From: an uncultured Candidatus Saccharibacteria bacterium
GTDB taxonomy: Bacteria > Patescibacteriota > Minisyncoccia > Phycocordibacterales > UBA9973
Length of the DNA stretch: 64,000 nt
Direction: 5' to 3'
Assembly (NCBI GenBank): GCA_964404925.1
Contig: CAYOLW010000005.1
Span: 5,458-69,457, forward strand
The position numbers and the translations under genes are program-made. Within the stretch, counting starts at the first letter, position 1; each line of letters starts with the position of its first letter. A model generated the notes under the pieces. The model made no database searches. It saw only the letters and a list, made by a program, of their open reading frames with translations, and was not told the DNA's origin. Of this stretch, positions 46,354-56,269 are shown piece after piece.

Positions 46354-47340
46354 TTATTCTTTAAGCGAAAGGCCGAATTTAGTCAAACTTTTCTTAATTT
46401 CAGAAATTCCCTTTTCGCCGATACCCTCAAGGTCAAGCAAATCTTCACGCTTCTTGCGAGCAAGTCCGCCAAGTGTGCGGATGTTAGCTGCGGTCAAAGC
46501 ATTTAGGGTTCGAGTTGAAAGGTCAAGAGCATCAATTCTGGTCTTTAGTACATCAGTTAAATCATCCTTAGAATCTTTATCTTCATCATCTGATTCTGAT
46601 TCTTCTTTTCTGATTTTCTTCTCAGCAACTTCTTCGTGCATGTCAGATGTTTCTTTGAAGCCAACTACTGCCTTTAATTGCTCGATCATGGTTACGATTG
46701 AGTCAGTTAGGGCTTGACGTGGAGTCAATGTTCCATCAGTTTCGATCACTACTCGTAATCGGTTGTGGTTAGTATTGTCACCAACACGCATGTTTTCTAC
46801 TTCGTATGATACTCGACGGATTGGGGTAAAAATAGCATCAACAGCAATAGTGCCGATATCAACCTTTTCTTTTTGCATAACTTCCTTTGGAATAAATCCA
46901 AGGCCTTTTTCAATACGCAATTCAATATTCAAATTAATCTTGCCGGTTACTTCAGCAATGTATAAATCAGGGTTTAGAACTTCTACTTGACCTGAGGTCT
47001 CAATATCAGCCGCTGTGACAGCCTTTGGTCCTTTTACATTAAGTGTTACAGTCTGAGGTTCATCAGTTAAAAGCTTGAAACGAACTTTCTTTAGGTTCAA
47101 AATCAAAACGATCACGTCTTCTTTCACACCTTCAATGGTCTGAAATTCGTGACTTACTCCATCGATTTTAATAGAAACAATGCTCGCGCCTGGAATTGAA
47201 GAAAGAATAATACGACGCAAACTGTTACCAAGCGTGTGTCCATAACCCGGATACAGGCCGTCGATTTCAAATACCCCCTTATTACCCTCCTCTGTAACTA
47301 CTCGTGGTTTTGAAGGCAAGATGATTTTATACTCAGGCAT
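46354..47340 (-). CDS. rpoA: DNA-directed RNA polymerase alpha subunit
   Basis: Conserved position in the operon; N-terminal dimerisation domain plus alpha-CTD; acidic insert. Confidence 0.9.
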   Translation of the reverse strand: MPEYKIILPSKPRVVTEEGNKGVFEIDGLYPGYGHTLGNSLRRIILSSIPGASIVSIKIDGVSHEFQTIEGVKEDVIVLILNLKKVRFKLLTDEPQTVTLNVKGPKAVTAADIETSGQVEVLNPDLYIAEVTGKINLNIELRIEKGLGFIPKEVMQKEKVDIGTIAVDAIFTPIRRVSYEVENMRVGDNTNHNRLRVVIETDGTLTPRQALTDSIVTMIEQLKAVVGFKETSDMHEEVAEKKIRKEESESDDEDKDSKDDLTDVLKTRIDALDLSTRTLNALTAANIRTLGGLARKKREDLLDLEGIGEKGISEIKKSLTKFGLSLKE

Positions 47341-47402
47341 ACTTATTTAAAAAATTTATCTAATAATGTTCCGCTTTTTTATAGCGGAAATAAAATAATA
47401 TA

Positions 47403-48002
47403 TTAACGGCTATAAAACTCGAACACGGCATTTAGGTCTAAGAAACCGTCAGTCTGTTTCGGCTTACCAGTTACTTTACCTTCGAATTTATTAACATCAA
47501 AATTCACCCAAGATGGAAAATGGTATTCTTTCAATTTCTCTGCAGTATTGCTAAATATTTTCTTACTCTTAGATCCTTCTCGGACTACTACTGTGTCACC
47601 TACTTTCAATGCATAAGAAGGTACGGTTACTTTTTTACTGTGTACTATAAAATGACCATGAGAAACCATTTGTCTGGCTTCACGTCTAGATGCAGCAAGT
47701 CCCATGCGGTATACAACGTTATCAAGTCTTAGTTCTAGACTTTCAAAGAATTTCTCAACTGGAGATACTCCCTTAGTCTGAGAAGCTTTTTCTGCGTAAT
47801 TTGAAAGCTGCTTTTCAGTGATTCCATAAGAGAATCGAACCTTTTGCTTTTCAAGCAACTGAGTTCCGTATTCAGACAATGCCTTTGGGCGTTTACCCAT
47901 TTTTGGATTTCCTACTGAAGCAGAAAACTTCGGAGTCTGACATTTGTCATAAACTCCTGCGCCTAACCTTCTACCGATTTTATACTTTGGTTTCTTTATC
48001 AT
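47403..48002 (-). CDS. rpsD: 30S ribosomal protein S4
   Basis: S4 domain; conserved position in the operon. Confidence 0.9.
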   Translation of the reverse strand: MIKKPKYKIGRRLGAGVYDKCQTPKFSASVGNPKMGKRPKALSEYGTQLLEKQKVRFSYGITEKQLSNYAEKASQTKGVSPVEKFFESLELRLDNVVYRMGLAASRREARQMVSHGHFIVHSKKVTVPSYALKVGDTVVVREGSKSKKIFSNTAEKLKEYHFPSWVNFDVNKFEGKVTGKPKQTDGFLDLNAVFEFYSR

Positions 48003-48016
48003 GGTTTTTCAAAAAA

Positions 48017-48454
48017 TTATACTCGTCTTGGTTTCTTTGGCTTTGGGCCGTTGTGTGGTACTGGGGTTACATCTTTGATAGTACCTAGTTCAATACCATG
48101 CGCCATAAAAGCACGCACAGCTGGTTCGCGACCAGAACCCACACCTTTAATAACAACATCAGCGTCTTTCACTCCAATAGCAGCAGCCTTATCTCCAATT
48201 ATATCTCCAACTTTAGAAGCAGCGAATGGTGTTCCTTTCTTAGCACCTCTGAATCCAAGGGAACCAGATGATGACCAGAAAAGAGTATTGCCTAGTTTAT
48301 CAGCAAAAGTAACTTTGGTGTTATTGAAAGTTGCTTCAACTGACAAAATACCTGAGATAACTTTTTTCTTGCCTGATTTTTTAAGAGGAGCAGCTGATTC
48401 TGTAGCAGCACCTTCAACCTTTGCTTCTTCTGTTGTAACTTTTGTCTTTGCCAT
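48017..48454 (-). CDS. rpsK: 30S ribosomal protein S11
   Basis: SVEATFNNTKVTF...TPFAA...VTPVPHNG. Confidence 0.9.
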   Translation of the reverse strand: MAKTKVTTEEAKVEGAATESAAPLKKSGKKKVISGILSVEATFNNTKVTFADKLGNTLFWSSSGSLGFRGAKKGTPFAASKVGDIIGDKAAAIGVKDADVVIKGVGSGREPAVRAFMAHGIELGTIKDVTPVPHNGPKPKKPRRV

Positions 48455-48460
48455 ATTATT

Positions 48461-48841
48461 TTATGTCTTGCTTTCTTTGCGGCGTCCTGAGGCCATAGTT
48501 TTACGAACATTACCTCTCACTGTTCGTGAGTTGGTCTTTGTACGTTGGCCGCGAACGGGTAATCGTCTCATGTGACGAACACCTCGATAACTTTTAATGT
48601 CCTTCAGTCGTTTTATATTATTAGAAACTTCACGCTTCAAATTTCCTTCAATTGTCAAACCTTCTACCAAAGCACGGATCTTGTTTTCCTCTTCTTCAGA
48701 TAGATCCTTTGATTTTTTACCTGCATCGATTCCAGCACTCTGTAGAATCTTATTTGCAGTAGAAAGGCCAATACCATAAATAGCAGTCAAACCGTATTCA
48801 AGACGCTTCTCATCTGGAATTGTAATACCAAGGATTCTCAT
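48461..48841 (-). CDS. rpsM: 30S ribosomal protein S13
   Basis: MRILGITIP...; conserved position in the operon. Confidence 0.9.
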   Translation of the reverse strand: MRILGITIPDEKRLEYGLTAIYGIGLSTANKILQSAGIDAGKKSKDLSEEEENKIRALVEGLTIEGNLKREVSNNIKRLKDIKSYRGVRHMRRLPVRGQRTKTNSRTVRGNVRKTMASGRRKESKT

Positions 48842-48844
48842 AAA

Positions 48845-48955
48845 TTATTGTTTCTGTTTATGCTTCGGGTTAGAGCAAATAACCAGCAGGTGTCTCTTGC
48901 GTTTCACCATTTTGCATTTAGCACAAATTTTTTTAACTGATGCTTTGATCTTCAT
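48845..48955 (-). CDS. rpmJ: 50S ribosomal protein L36 (absent from ORF track)
   Basis: My translation: [36 protein letters not shown]. Confidence 0.85.
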   Translation of the reverse strand: MKIKASVKKICAKCKMVKRKRHLLVICSNPKHKQKQ

Positions 48956-49080
48956 TGCACTTAACGTTTAATTACTAAAAAAAATCGAGATAAAACCAAA
49001 ATAAGGAAAATACCCTTATTTCTCAATCTAAAAATATCTTATCTAAATTTGATTGATATCATACACTATCTTTAATAAAA

Positions 49081-49302
49081 TTACAACCTCTTTATTATCC
49101 TACCTTTTCCACCGTACGGATCTAGTACCACTTCCACTCTGTCTCCGATTAAAACTTTAATTCGATTGACTCGCATTTTACCTCCGAGGTAGGCCAGAAT
49201 TTCCTTGCCACCTTCAAGCTCAACACGGAACAAAGTTGATGGTAATGCCTCTGTGACAAAACCTCTACCAGTCAATATTTTATCATCTTTTAAGTTGCTC
49301 AT
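49081..49302 (-). CDS. infA: translation initiation factor IF-1
   Basis: S1-like fold; FRVELEGGKEILAYLGGKMR. Confidence 0.9.
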   Translation of the reverse strand: MSNLKDDKILTGRGFVTEALPSTLFRVELEGGKEILAYLGGKMRVNRIKVLIGDRVEVVLDPYGGKGRIIKRL

Positions 49303-49353
49303 TTAGCCATTCGACTATAATATAATTATCTTGATAAGTCAAGATAATATTAA

Positions 49354-50706
49354 TTAATTTGGATAATTAACTATAATTTTAATTTGTTTTATCTTTTCCG
49401 GGATGGTTGTTCTCCATACTGGACGCAAAATAAGCTCTGCGCTTTCAATATTATCTGAGTTAGCTAAGATACTTTTGAAAGCTGCTTTTTGTTTTCCGAG
49501 TAAGTCACGCATGATCTTAGCCTGATTGACTTGATATACAATTTTACCGCTACCAGATAATTTAAAGTTAAAACCCTTAATATCTTTGGACAAAGAATCT
49601 GCGCTGCCGTAATTCAAAGATAAATTTTCAATACCTGGTATATCTATTTCAGACCCCTCTTCAAAATCTTTAATGGCTAATTTAGCAATTATTGGAATAA
49701 TATCTGATTTTTTAAATAAATAACCAAAGACAGATCCGGACACAGAAACCGGTGCTACTTTTTCAAACTGTGCTACGCTGTTATCCACACCTCCATCTAC
49801 AAAAACTAAAGAATCTTTAAACAAGACATATTCCGGGGGTGTTTGTTCCAATACTTTTTTGGTTAATTGGTCTTTCAGTTTATTTCGTAAATCTGACACT
49901 ACCTGCTTCTTGGCATCTTCTGCTACTATGTAGAATTTTCCGGACAAACCACCTGTTAAACTTTCCACACTGCGACCATAAAATTTATTATATTTAGTGG
50001 TGCCACGAAATCCAAGAATCTTAAAATCAAGAGGCTCACTGTTATAAGCTTCTCCAGGCTCAAAACCATAAACACCCACAGTGACTGACCCCGGTGTATC
50101 AGCTGACATACCCGGTACAATTATTTCTTTGTCTGTTTTATAAATCTTGCCATTTGATCCTTCAAGTCGTGTGTCTATTGATAGTTTTTGTGGAGATGTG
50201 CTGTATGTGTTGAATATGGTCACATTACCTCGTGCAGGTACAGACATCTGCTTTTGTTCGTTTGCCTCTAAATTAGTGGTTTCAACCCCATCCATAGATA
50301 CAATTTCAAACTGTATCTCCTTTTCTCCAGGTTTACTGCGTACCGCGGTAAACAATTCATCTAAATTAAACTCTTGTATTTTGGGTGTAATAATTACCTT
50401 TGCACTAGCGAAAAAAGATGACAAAGCAAAAAATAGTATACCAATAGAAACCAAAGCAAAAATCCATAAAGATTGCTTACTGCCGGTGCTAGAACTAGAA
50501 TTTTGTGGCAAATCTAATTCTTCTTTGGTATCTACCGTTCTAATAACTACCTTTTTTTTAATATTAAGTTTTGCTAATTTTTCTTCAATCCTTTCACTTT
50601 CTAATTTTTCAAAAGAATCTTTACGCGGCTTGGGTTCAGCCTTTGGTTTAGGACGAGCCTTTGTGGTATTTTTCGACACTATGTCAGACATTATTTTTTT
50701 AGCCAT
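49354..50706 (-). CDS. hypothetical bitopic membrane protein (basic N-terminus, one TM, large extracytoplasmic domain)
   Basis: Single TM SLWIFALVSIGILFFALSSFFASA; no recognisable domain; co-oriented with the upstream actin-like ATPase. Confidence 0.35.
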   Translation of the reverse strand: MAKKIMSDIVSKNTTKARPKPKAEPKPRKDSFEKLESERIEEKLAKLNIKKKVVIRTVDTKEELDLPQNSSSSTGSKQSLWIFALVSIGILFFALSSFFASAKVIITPKIQEFNLDELFTAVRSKPGEKEIQFEIVSMDGVETTNLEANEQKQMSVPARGNVTIFNTYSTSPQKLSIDTRLEGSNGKIYKTDKEIIVPGMSADTPGSVTVGVYGFEPGEAYNSEPLDFKILGFRGTTKYNKFYGRSVESLTGGLSGKFYIVAEDAKKQVVSDLRNKLKDQLTKKVLEQTPPEYVLFKDSLVFVDGGVDNSVAQFEKVAPVSVSGSVFGYLFKKSDIIPIIAKLAIKDFEEGSEIDIPGIENLSLNYGSADSLSKDIKGFNFKLSGSGKIVYQVNQAKIMRDLLGKQKAAFKSILANSDNIESAELILRPVWRTTIPEKIKQIKIIVNYPN

Positions 50707-50714
50707 AAAAAATT

Positions 50715-51893
50715 CTATTTAAGAAATTCATTAATATAAATCGACTCGATAATTAAAAATGGGTCACGAATGGTTTTATCATCTAAAACTGCAATTCCAT
50801 GCAGTGATTCAGTACCCAAAAATAAAACTCTAAATTTTGATTCTGTTAAAGTGTATTGATTAAACTGTTCTGTTTTAATTGTGTGTGAAAAGAAATCTGA
50901 CAAATCTTGGTCCACTGTTATAAACACCGTTGCTGGAATAGATATGTCAGTAGTTATAATACTGATAGATTCTTGGAATTTTTTTAACCATTCTGTTTTT
51001 AGTGCCATCATAACAAGATCCATTTTGTGTAAAAGTTCATCAGACATGTGCCCTTCTTTGTATAGAGAAATAAAAGATCTCGCATCTTCAATTGAACAGG
51101 ACATGCCTTTAGAAACACCACGAATAATGTAGTTTCTCCCCATCGGGAAAGAAATGGCCTCGCGTAAAATATCCTTTTTAATCATGGATATATCTGTAAT
51201 TTCCCCACCAATATTAACCAAAAGAAAACTCTCTTTATTCACGAACATGTCACGCGCAACAACAAAAGATGACAGAATAAAAGTAATAAATTCAATCTTA
51301 GCCTCATGAAAATGCCGACTAATTGAACTTTCAATTTCTTTCAAGAAACCTGATTCAGCCATCGAGATAAACATTGTTAATTCTAGGTCTTCAGCTTTTT
51401 GTCCAAAAGGTTTAGTAGTGACGTAACCATTCAATACGGTGCTCATGGTCCGCATTTCTAGAGACTTTATTGAGTTTGAAGTTTGATTGTATTTTAAAGC
51501 ATGTTCGTCTTCAAAAAGTTTCAATTCTTTTTGAATTAAACTGTCGGCAAGTTTATCATTAAATATAAAAGGTGCATTTTTTTCAAGCACGACTGTACGG
51601 GTTTGAGATGCATACCATGGCGAAGATAATACACAGTAAATACTACTTGGACGGCCCAACCCCTGAAGGCACATCAGTCCAGCAACCTTTTTTACTGCCT
51701 GCATTGTGTCTTGTAAAAGTTTTTGTATATCAACAGTCTCTTCAATACGAATCTGTTCACGCACAGCATAAATTATTTTAGGTACACCAGAAGACTGACG
51801 CAAAAAAAGCGCTCCACCAACAGAAGAGGAACCAATATCGAACACAAGTGTTAACTCACCTGCATCTTTTTTATTTTTAGCAAAAAAACTCAC
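50715..51893 (-). CDS. actin-like ATPase of the FtsA/PilM family
   Basis: Phosphate-1 LVFDIGSSSVGGAL; phosphate-2 LLVNIGGEITDISMI. Confidence 0.5.
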   Translation of the reverse strand: MSFFAKNKKDAGELTLVFDIGSSSVGGALFLRQSSGVPKIIYAVREQIRIEETVDIQKLLQDTMQAVKKVAGLMCLQGLGRPSSIYCVLSSPWYASQTRTVVLEKNAPFIFNDKLADSLIQKELKLFEDEHALKYNQTSNSIKSLEMRTMSTVLNGYVTTKPFGQKAEDLELTMFISMAESGFLKEIESSISRHFHEAKIEFITFILSSFVVARDMFVNKESFLLVNIGGEITDISMIKKDILREAISFPMGRNYIIRGVSKGMSCSIEDARSFISLYKEGHMSDELLHKMDLVMMALKTEWLKKFQESISIITTDISIPATVFITVDQDLSDFFSHTIKTEQFNQYTLTESKFRVLFLGTESLHGIAVLDDKTIRDPFLIIESIYINEFLK

Positions 51894-51927
51894 GCGTTAA
51901 TTATAACACAAAGGTGAAAATCGAAAA

Positions 51928-53694
51928 CTATTGAATCACAGCTTTGATGCGACGAATGCCAGAAGCAACTGCTTCTTCTTTGAGAATTTTAAAAGATCCA
52001 GCTTTACCAATTTCTGCAGTGTTAGAAACATGCGGACCACCACAAAATTCTTTGGATATAGCATCAGCGATAGAACTACCTATGTAATACACACTAACCA
52101 TATCTGGATACTTCGCACCGAACTCCATTTGAGCTCCAATGGATTCTGCTTCTTCCCTCGGCATTTCAACTCGAGTCACAGACAATGCTGCTTTAATCTT
52201 CTCATTTACCATATCTTCTAGTTTTTTCTTTTCTTCATCTGTAATCTTGCGCTCAAAGGCAAAGTCTATTCTTAATCTTTCTTCAGTAATATTACTACCC
52301 CGCTGTTTTACTTCTTTGCCAAACATTTCCTGCAGTGCTGCAAGCAACAAATGGTGTGCAGTGTGGAGTCTAATAGTTTGGTCATTGTGATTCGCTAGTC
52401 CACCCTTAAACATACCAGCCGATGCTGTCTGAGAAAGCTTTTGGTGTTCAGCCATTTTCGCCCTGAAGTCTTCCATGTCTATCTCTACTCCCTTTTCTTT
52501 GGCTAGTTCTAGGGTCAGTTCTATCGGAAAACCATAGGTAGTGAACAAAATAAATGGGTCTTCACCTTTTTCAAATTCTTTTAGACCCTGTACTAATGTC
52601 TGATTAAATTTATTTAGTTCTTCTCTAAGAATTTCGTTATTACTTGGGTTGAAAATATTTTCGTAAGTAGATTGATACTTTTCTCCGTATATAAATGATA
52701 TTTCTATTAAATCAGAAGTGGTTAATCCAATTTTCTGAGCTCTGGTTGATGCACGCCTAAGCAAACGACGCAACACATAACCACGATCCTTGTTTGCTGG
52801 AATAACCCCATCAGAAACCATAAATAAAGCTGCTCTCAAATGATCTGCAATCACACGAGCACTTTGAATATCAAATTCTTTAGCCTTACTTTTTATACAT
52901 TTAAAAACATCTTCAAACAAATCCGTATCGTACGCAGTCATTTTGCCTTGCATTACTGCCGTCATACGCTCGAGTCCTGCACCGGTGTCCACGTTCTTTT
53001 GGCTTAATTTGCCGATGACTTTTGCATCCTTCTTTTCGTATTCCATAAACACGTCATTCCAGATTTCTATAACCCTTTCTTCTTTAGTTGCTTTAAGGAA
53101 TCCTTCTTTGTCTAAATCCCCTACATCCCCAGTCATGTCATAGAACATCTCTGAGCACGGACCACATGGACCGTTGTCCCCAGGACTCCACCAGTTATCA
53201 TCTGCAGGTAGCGCATAAATACGATTTTCAGGAATACCGAGACTCATCCAAATATCTTTGGACTCTTGGTCATAGGGTGCATTCTCATCACCCTCAAAAA
53301 TAGTTACGTAGAGGCGATTTACATCAAGTCCTAGGCCTTTATCTCCTTCTTCTTTGTCATCTCCATTTGTTAGAAATTCATAGCTCCAGGTTATAGCTTC
53401 TTTTTTAAAATAGTCCCCTAGTGACCAATTGCCAAGCATTTCAAAAAAAGAAAAGTGTCTATTGTCTCCTATGTCGTCGAGGTCTCCGGTACGAACGCAT
53501 TTCTGCACGTCAGCAATCCTTTTACCCATTGGGTGTGTCTGACCTAAAAGATATGGAACCAGTGGCTGCATGCCAGCCGTGTTGAAAAGCACAGATGGAT
53601 CATTCTCTGGTACGAGCGAAGCAGAAGGAATTATCGCATGTTCTCTTTTTTCAAAAAATTTTAAAAATCGTGTGCGTATTTCTTGCGAATTCAT
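51928..53694 (-). CDS. alaS: alanine--tRNA ligase, short form (catalytic plus editing domains, no C-Ala domain)
   Basis: VLFNTAGMQPLVPYLLG; editing-domain HxxxH (HTAHHLL) and CGGPHV motifs; about 588 aa. Confidence 0.8.
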   Translation of the reverse strand: MNSQEIRTRFLKFFEKREHAIIPSASLVPENDPSVLFNTAGMQPLVPYLLGQTHPMGKRIADVQKCVRTGDLDDIGDNRHFSFFEMLGNWSLGDYFKKEAITWSYEFLTNGDDKEEGDKGLGLDVNRLYVTIFEGDENAPYDQESKDIWMSLGIPENRIYALPADDNWWSPGDNGPCGPCSEMFYDMTGDVGDLDKEGFLKATKEERVIEIWNDVFMEYEKKDAKVIGKLSQKNVDTGAGLERMTAVMQGKMTAYDTDLFEDVFKCIKSKAKEFDIQSARVIADHLRAALFMVSDGVIPANKDRGYVLRRLLRRASTRAQKIGLTTSDLIEISFIYGEKYQSTYENIFNPSNNEILREELNKFNQTLVQGLKEFEKGEDPFILFTTYGFPIELTLELAKEKGVEIDMEDFRAKMAEHQKLSQTASAGMFKGGLANHNDQTIRLHTAHHLLLAALQEMFGKEVKQRGSNITEERLRIDFAFERKITDEEKKKLEDMVNEKIKAALSVTRVEMPREEAESIGAQMEFGAKYPDMVSVYYIGSSIADAISKEFCGGPHVSNTAEIGKAGSFKILKEEAVASGIRRIKAVIQ

Positions 53695-53698
53695 ATTG

Positions 53699-54160
53699 TT
53701 ATTTTTTATTATTAATTTCTTCTTTTTTCTCAACCATAGAAATTACAGGGCGTTCCAGTATTGATATAACGATAAAAATCAGAAGAACAAAAATAGTCGT
53801 TAGAATAGCTAGATTAAAAAATCCAAAACCAACAGCCATACCTATTCCAGCAGTAACCCAAAAGCCTCCTGCGGTTGTAAGTCCTGTTAATCTATTACCT
53901 TGGAAAATTATTGACCCAGCACCCATGAATCCAATACCAACAATTATTTGTGAAGCCATGCGTGAGGCATCAAAACCACCAACATCAGCATATCGTATTG
54001 CCAGTGCTTCAGAGATAATGATAAAAAGCGCCGCGCCCATAGAAACCATGGCATGTGTTTTCATACCCGCTTCTTTATGACCCAAAAGCCGCTCAAAACC
54101 AATAACTAAACCCAGCAATACTGCTAAACCCAGCTTTGAAATTATTTCTATATTATCCAT
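53699..54160 (-). CDS. MgtC/SapB-family membrane protein
   Basis: LGLAVLLGLVIGFERLLGHKEAG signature. Confidence 0.7.
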   Translation of the reverse strand: MDNIEIISKLGLAVLLGLVIGFERLLGHKEAGMKTHAMVSMGAALFIIISEALAIRYADVGGFDASRMASQIIVGIGFMGAGSIIFQGNRLTGLTTAGGFWVTAGIGMAVGFGFFNLAILTTIFVLLIFIVISILERPVISMVEKKEEINNKK

Positions 54161-54195
54161 AGAAATATTCTATACCACAGAAAGGAAAAAACCAA

Positions 54196-55335
54196 TTAAA
54201 AGACAACCCCACCACCTAACACAGTCTCCTGGTTATAAATCACGATAGATTGACCTGAAGCTACTAATACAGGCTCTTTGAATTCTATTAATACCTCAGC
54301 TTTGTATATATTTTTTATTACACATGGCAGGAATTCTCCATGATACCGAATTTGAGCTGTAAAATTAGCACCAGTATTTGGAGATTCAGTAATCCAGTTT
54401 GTCTTTATTAATTTAATCAAATTAGAATCTTTAGATTGATTATTTGTTTTTATATTTGAAGCTACGGTAATTGTATTTTTATTAATATCTTTTTTTACTA
54501 CATAGTACCTAGTGTCATTTGGTGACTTTTTAGTAATAGTAAAACCATGCCTCTCGCCCAAAGTGTAAAACAGTGCACCCTCATGGTGACCGATCAACTC
54601 GCCCGATTCATTTAGAACCTTGCCTTTTTTAACTTTAATATAATGTTTCAAAAAATCTTTCAAATCAATATCACCCAGAAAACAAATACCTTGGCTATCC
54701 TTTTTATCAGAAACTGGTAATTTGAATTTTTTTGCCAAAATGCGAACTTGTTTTTTTGTTAGTCCACCTACGGGAAAAATTATTTTAGATAACTGCTCTT
54801 GTGTAAGCTGCCAGAGAAAATATACCTGGTCTTTAGAAATATCTCTAGACTTTTTCATCAAAAATAGCTCTTCTCGAAACTCCTTAACCCCATTTCTCGC
54901 TTTCGCTCGAAACGGCACGCCCCCACCCGTCGTTTCTCCAAGACTATTTTTATAAACTTGTGCATAATGTCCCGTTGCTACAAAATCTGCTCCCATTTTA
55001 ATTGCTTTTTCTAAAAAGGCACCGAATTTTATATGGCTATTGCATAGTACGTCTGGATTTGGAGTACGGCCTGCTTTATATTCAGCAATCATATAGTCAG
55101 CTACATTTTTCTTGTATTCTTCGGATAAATCAATAGTCAGAAATGGTATACCCAAGTGTGCTGCCACACGAATAGCATCTCGCCTTTCTTCATCCTCGTT
55201 ACACTCAATAAATTCCGGATGCCATGTACGCAAGAAAACACCCACGACTTCAAAGCCCTGTTCAACCAGCAAAGCGGCCGAAACAGCTGAGTCCACACCG
55301 CCAGATAATCCTACAAATACAGTCTTTTTTGACAT
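54196..55335 (-). CDS. mnmA: tRNA-specific 2-thiouridylase
   Basis: PP-loop VGLSGGVDSAVSA; GADFVATGHYAQV. Confidence 0.85.
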   Translation of the reverse strand: MSKKTVFVGLSGGVDSAVSAALLVEQGFEVVGVFLRTWHPEFIECNEDEERRDAIRVAAHLGIPFLTIDLSEEYKKNVADYMIAEYKAGRTPNPDVLCNSHIKFGAFLEKAIKMGADFVATGHYAQVYKNSLGETTGGGVPFRAKARNGVKEFREELFLMKKSRDISKDQVYFLWQLTQEQLSKIIFPVGGLTKKQVRILAKKFKLPVSDKKDSQGICFLGDIDLKDFLKHYIKVKKGKVLNESGELIGHHEGALFYTLGERHGFTITKKSPNDTRYYVVKKDINKNTITVASNIKTNNQSKDSNLIKLIKTNWITESPNTGANFTAQIRYHGEFLPCVIKNIYKAEVLIEFKEPVLVASGQSIVIYNQETVLGGGVVF

Positions 55336-55339
55336 TTCG

Positions 55340-56266
55340 TCATTTTAGATATTTTTTTATGTTTTGTCTATGCTCGTCGAAATTCTTGGCATAATGAGTG
55401 TTGCCTTCTTTGTCATGGATATAGTACAAATATTTTGACTCTTCTGGATTAATCGCTGCTAAAATTGCAGCAATACCGGGGTTGGATATTGGTTCTTTCG
55501 GTAGGCCCCTTTGCTCATAAGTTACAGGTGCAGCATCTACCTGAAGCGGCATGCCAATACTAATTCTTTTCCATAGTATCCCTGATATAATAGCCCGATC
55601 AGAATCGCCACTGGCTTCTTTCTCTAAGACAGAAGCCATAATCAATATTTCATTTATATCTTTTCCAGAATTTTTAATATCTTGCCAAATTTTTTCTGTT
55701 TTTTTATCAAAGTTTTTGGTTAGAATACTCAACACAATATCCTCATCATCGGTTGTTGAAAAGAAGTAAGTATCTGGAAACAATGTTCCATGTTTGTTAG
55801 ATGCAGCTGCTAAAAATCTATCTTTATTGAAATTCCTCAAACGTGAATCGCAAAGTTCTGCAATTTCTTCATTAGAAAAACCCTCTGGAATTGTTATTTT
55901 TACGGTACTTAGTTCTCGGTCACCTCCAGCAATCTTTTTAGCTAATTTAATAACATTAATTTTCTCTGGAAAAATATAATCACCTACCATTATATGCCGG
56001 TCTCCAGCGTAAAAAATCACAACAGTTTCTAGTGCCACCCTTGATTGTATATATCCAGCATTTTTTAGTTTGAGGGATATCTTACGCAGCCCATCCCCTG
56101 ATTCTACTGAGAAAATCTGGTTCATTGGGAAATTATTTGGCGCTCTAACTAGAAAAAAATAAGCAGAAAATATAACTATAATTAAAAACGTTATCAACAA
56201 AACCAAACGCCATTTGAAAGGCGCTTTGGCTTCTACGATTGGTTCTATAACTATATCGTTTTCCAT
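55340..56266 (-). CDS. mltG: endolytic murein transglycosylase MltG/YceG family
   Basis: N-terminal TM; YceG-like C-terminus GIAAILAAINPEESKYLYYIHDKEGNTHYAKNFDEH. Confidence 0.75.
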   Translation of the reverse strand: MENDIVIEPIVEAKAPFKWRLVLLITFLIIVIFSAYFFLVRAPNNFPMNQIFSVESGDGLRKISLKLKNAGYIQSRVALETVVIFYAGDRHIMVGDYIFPEKINVIKLAKKIAGGDRELSTVKITIPEGFSNEEIAELCDSRLRNFNKDRFLAAASNKHGTLFPDTYFFSTTDDEDIVLSILTKNFDKKTEKIWQDIKNSGKDINEILIMASVLEKEASGDSDRAIISGILWKRISIGMPLQVDAAPVTYEQRGLPKEPISNPGIAAILAAINPEESKYLYYIHDKEGNTHYAKNFDEHRQNIKKYLK

Positions 56267-56269
56267 ATT

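Noticed and set aside
47360-47385. Hairpin TTCCGCT-TTTTTATA-AGCGGAA between rpsD and rpoA as terminator
   Set aside because: No downstream U-tract in the transcribed (minus) orientation; more likely an intra-operon attenuator or processing stem, uncertain.
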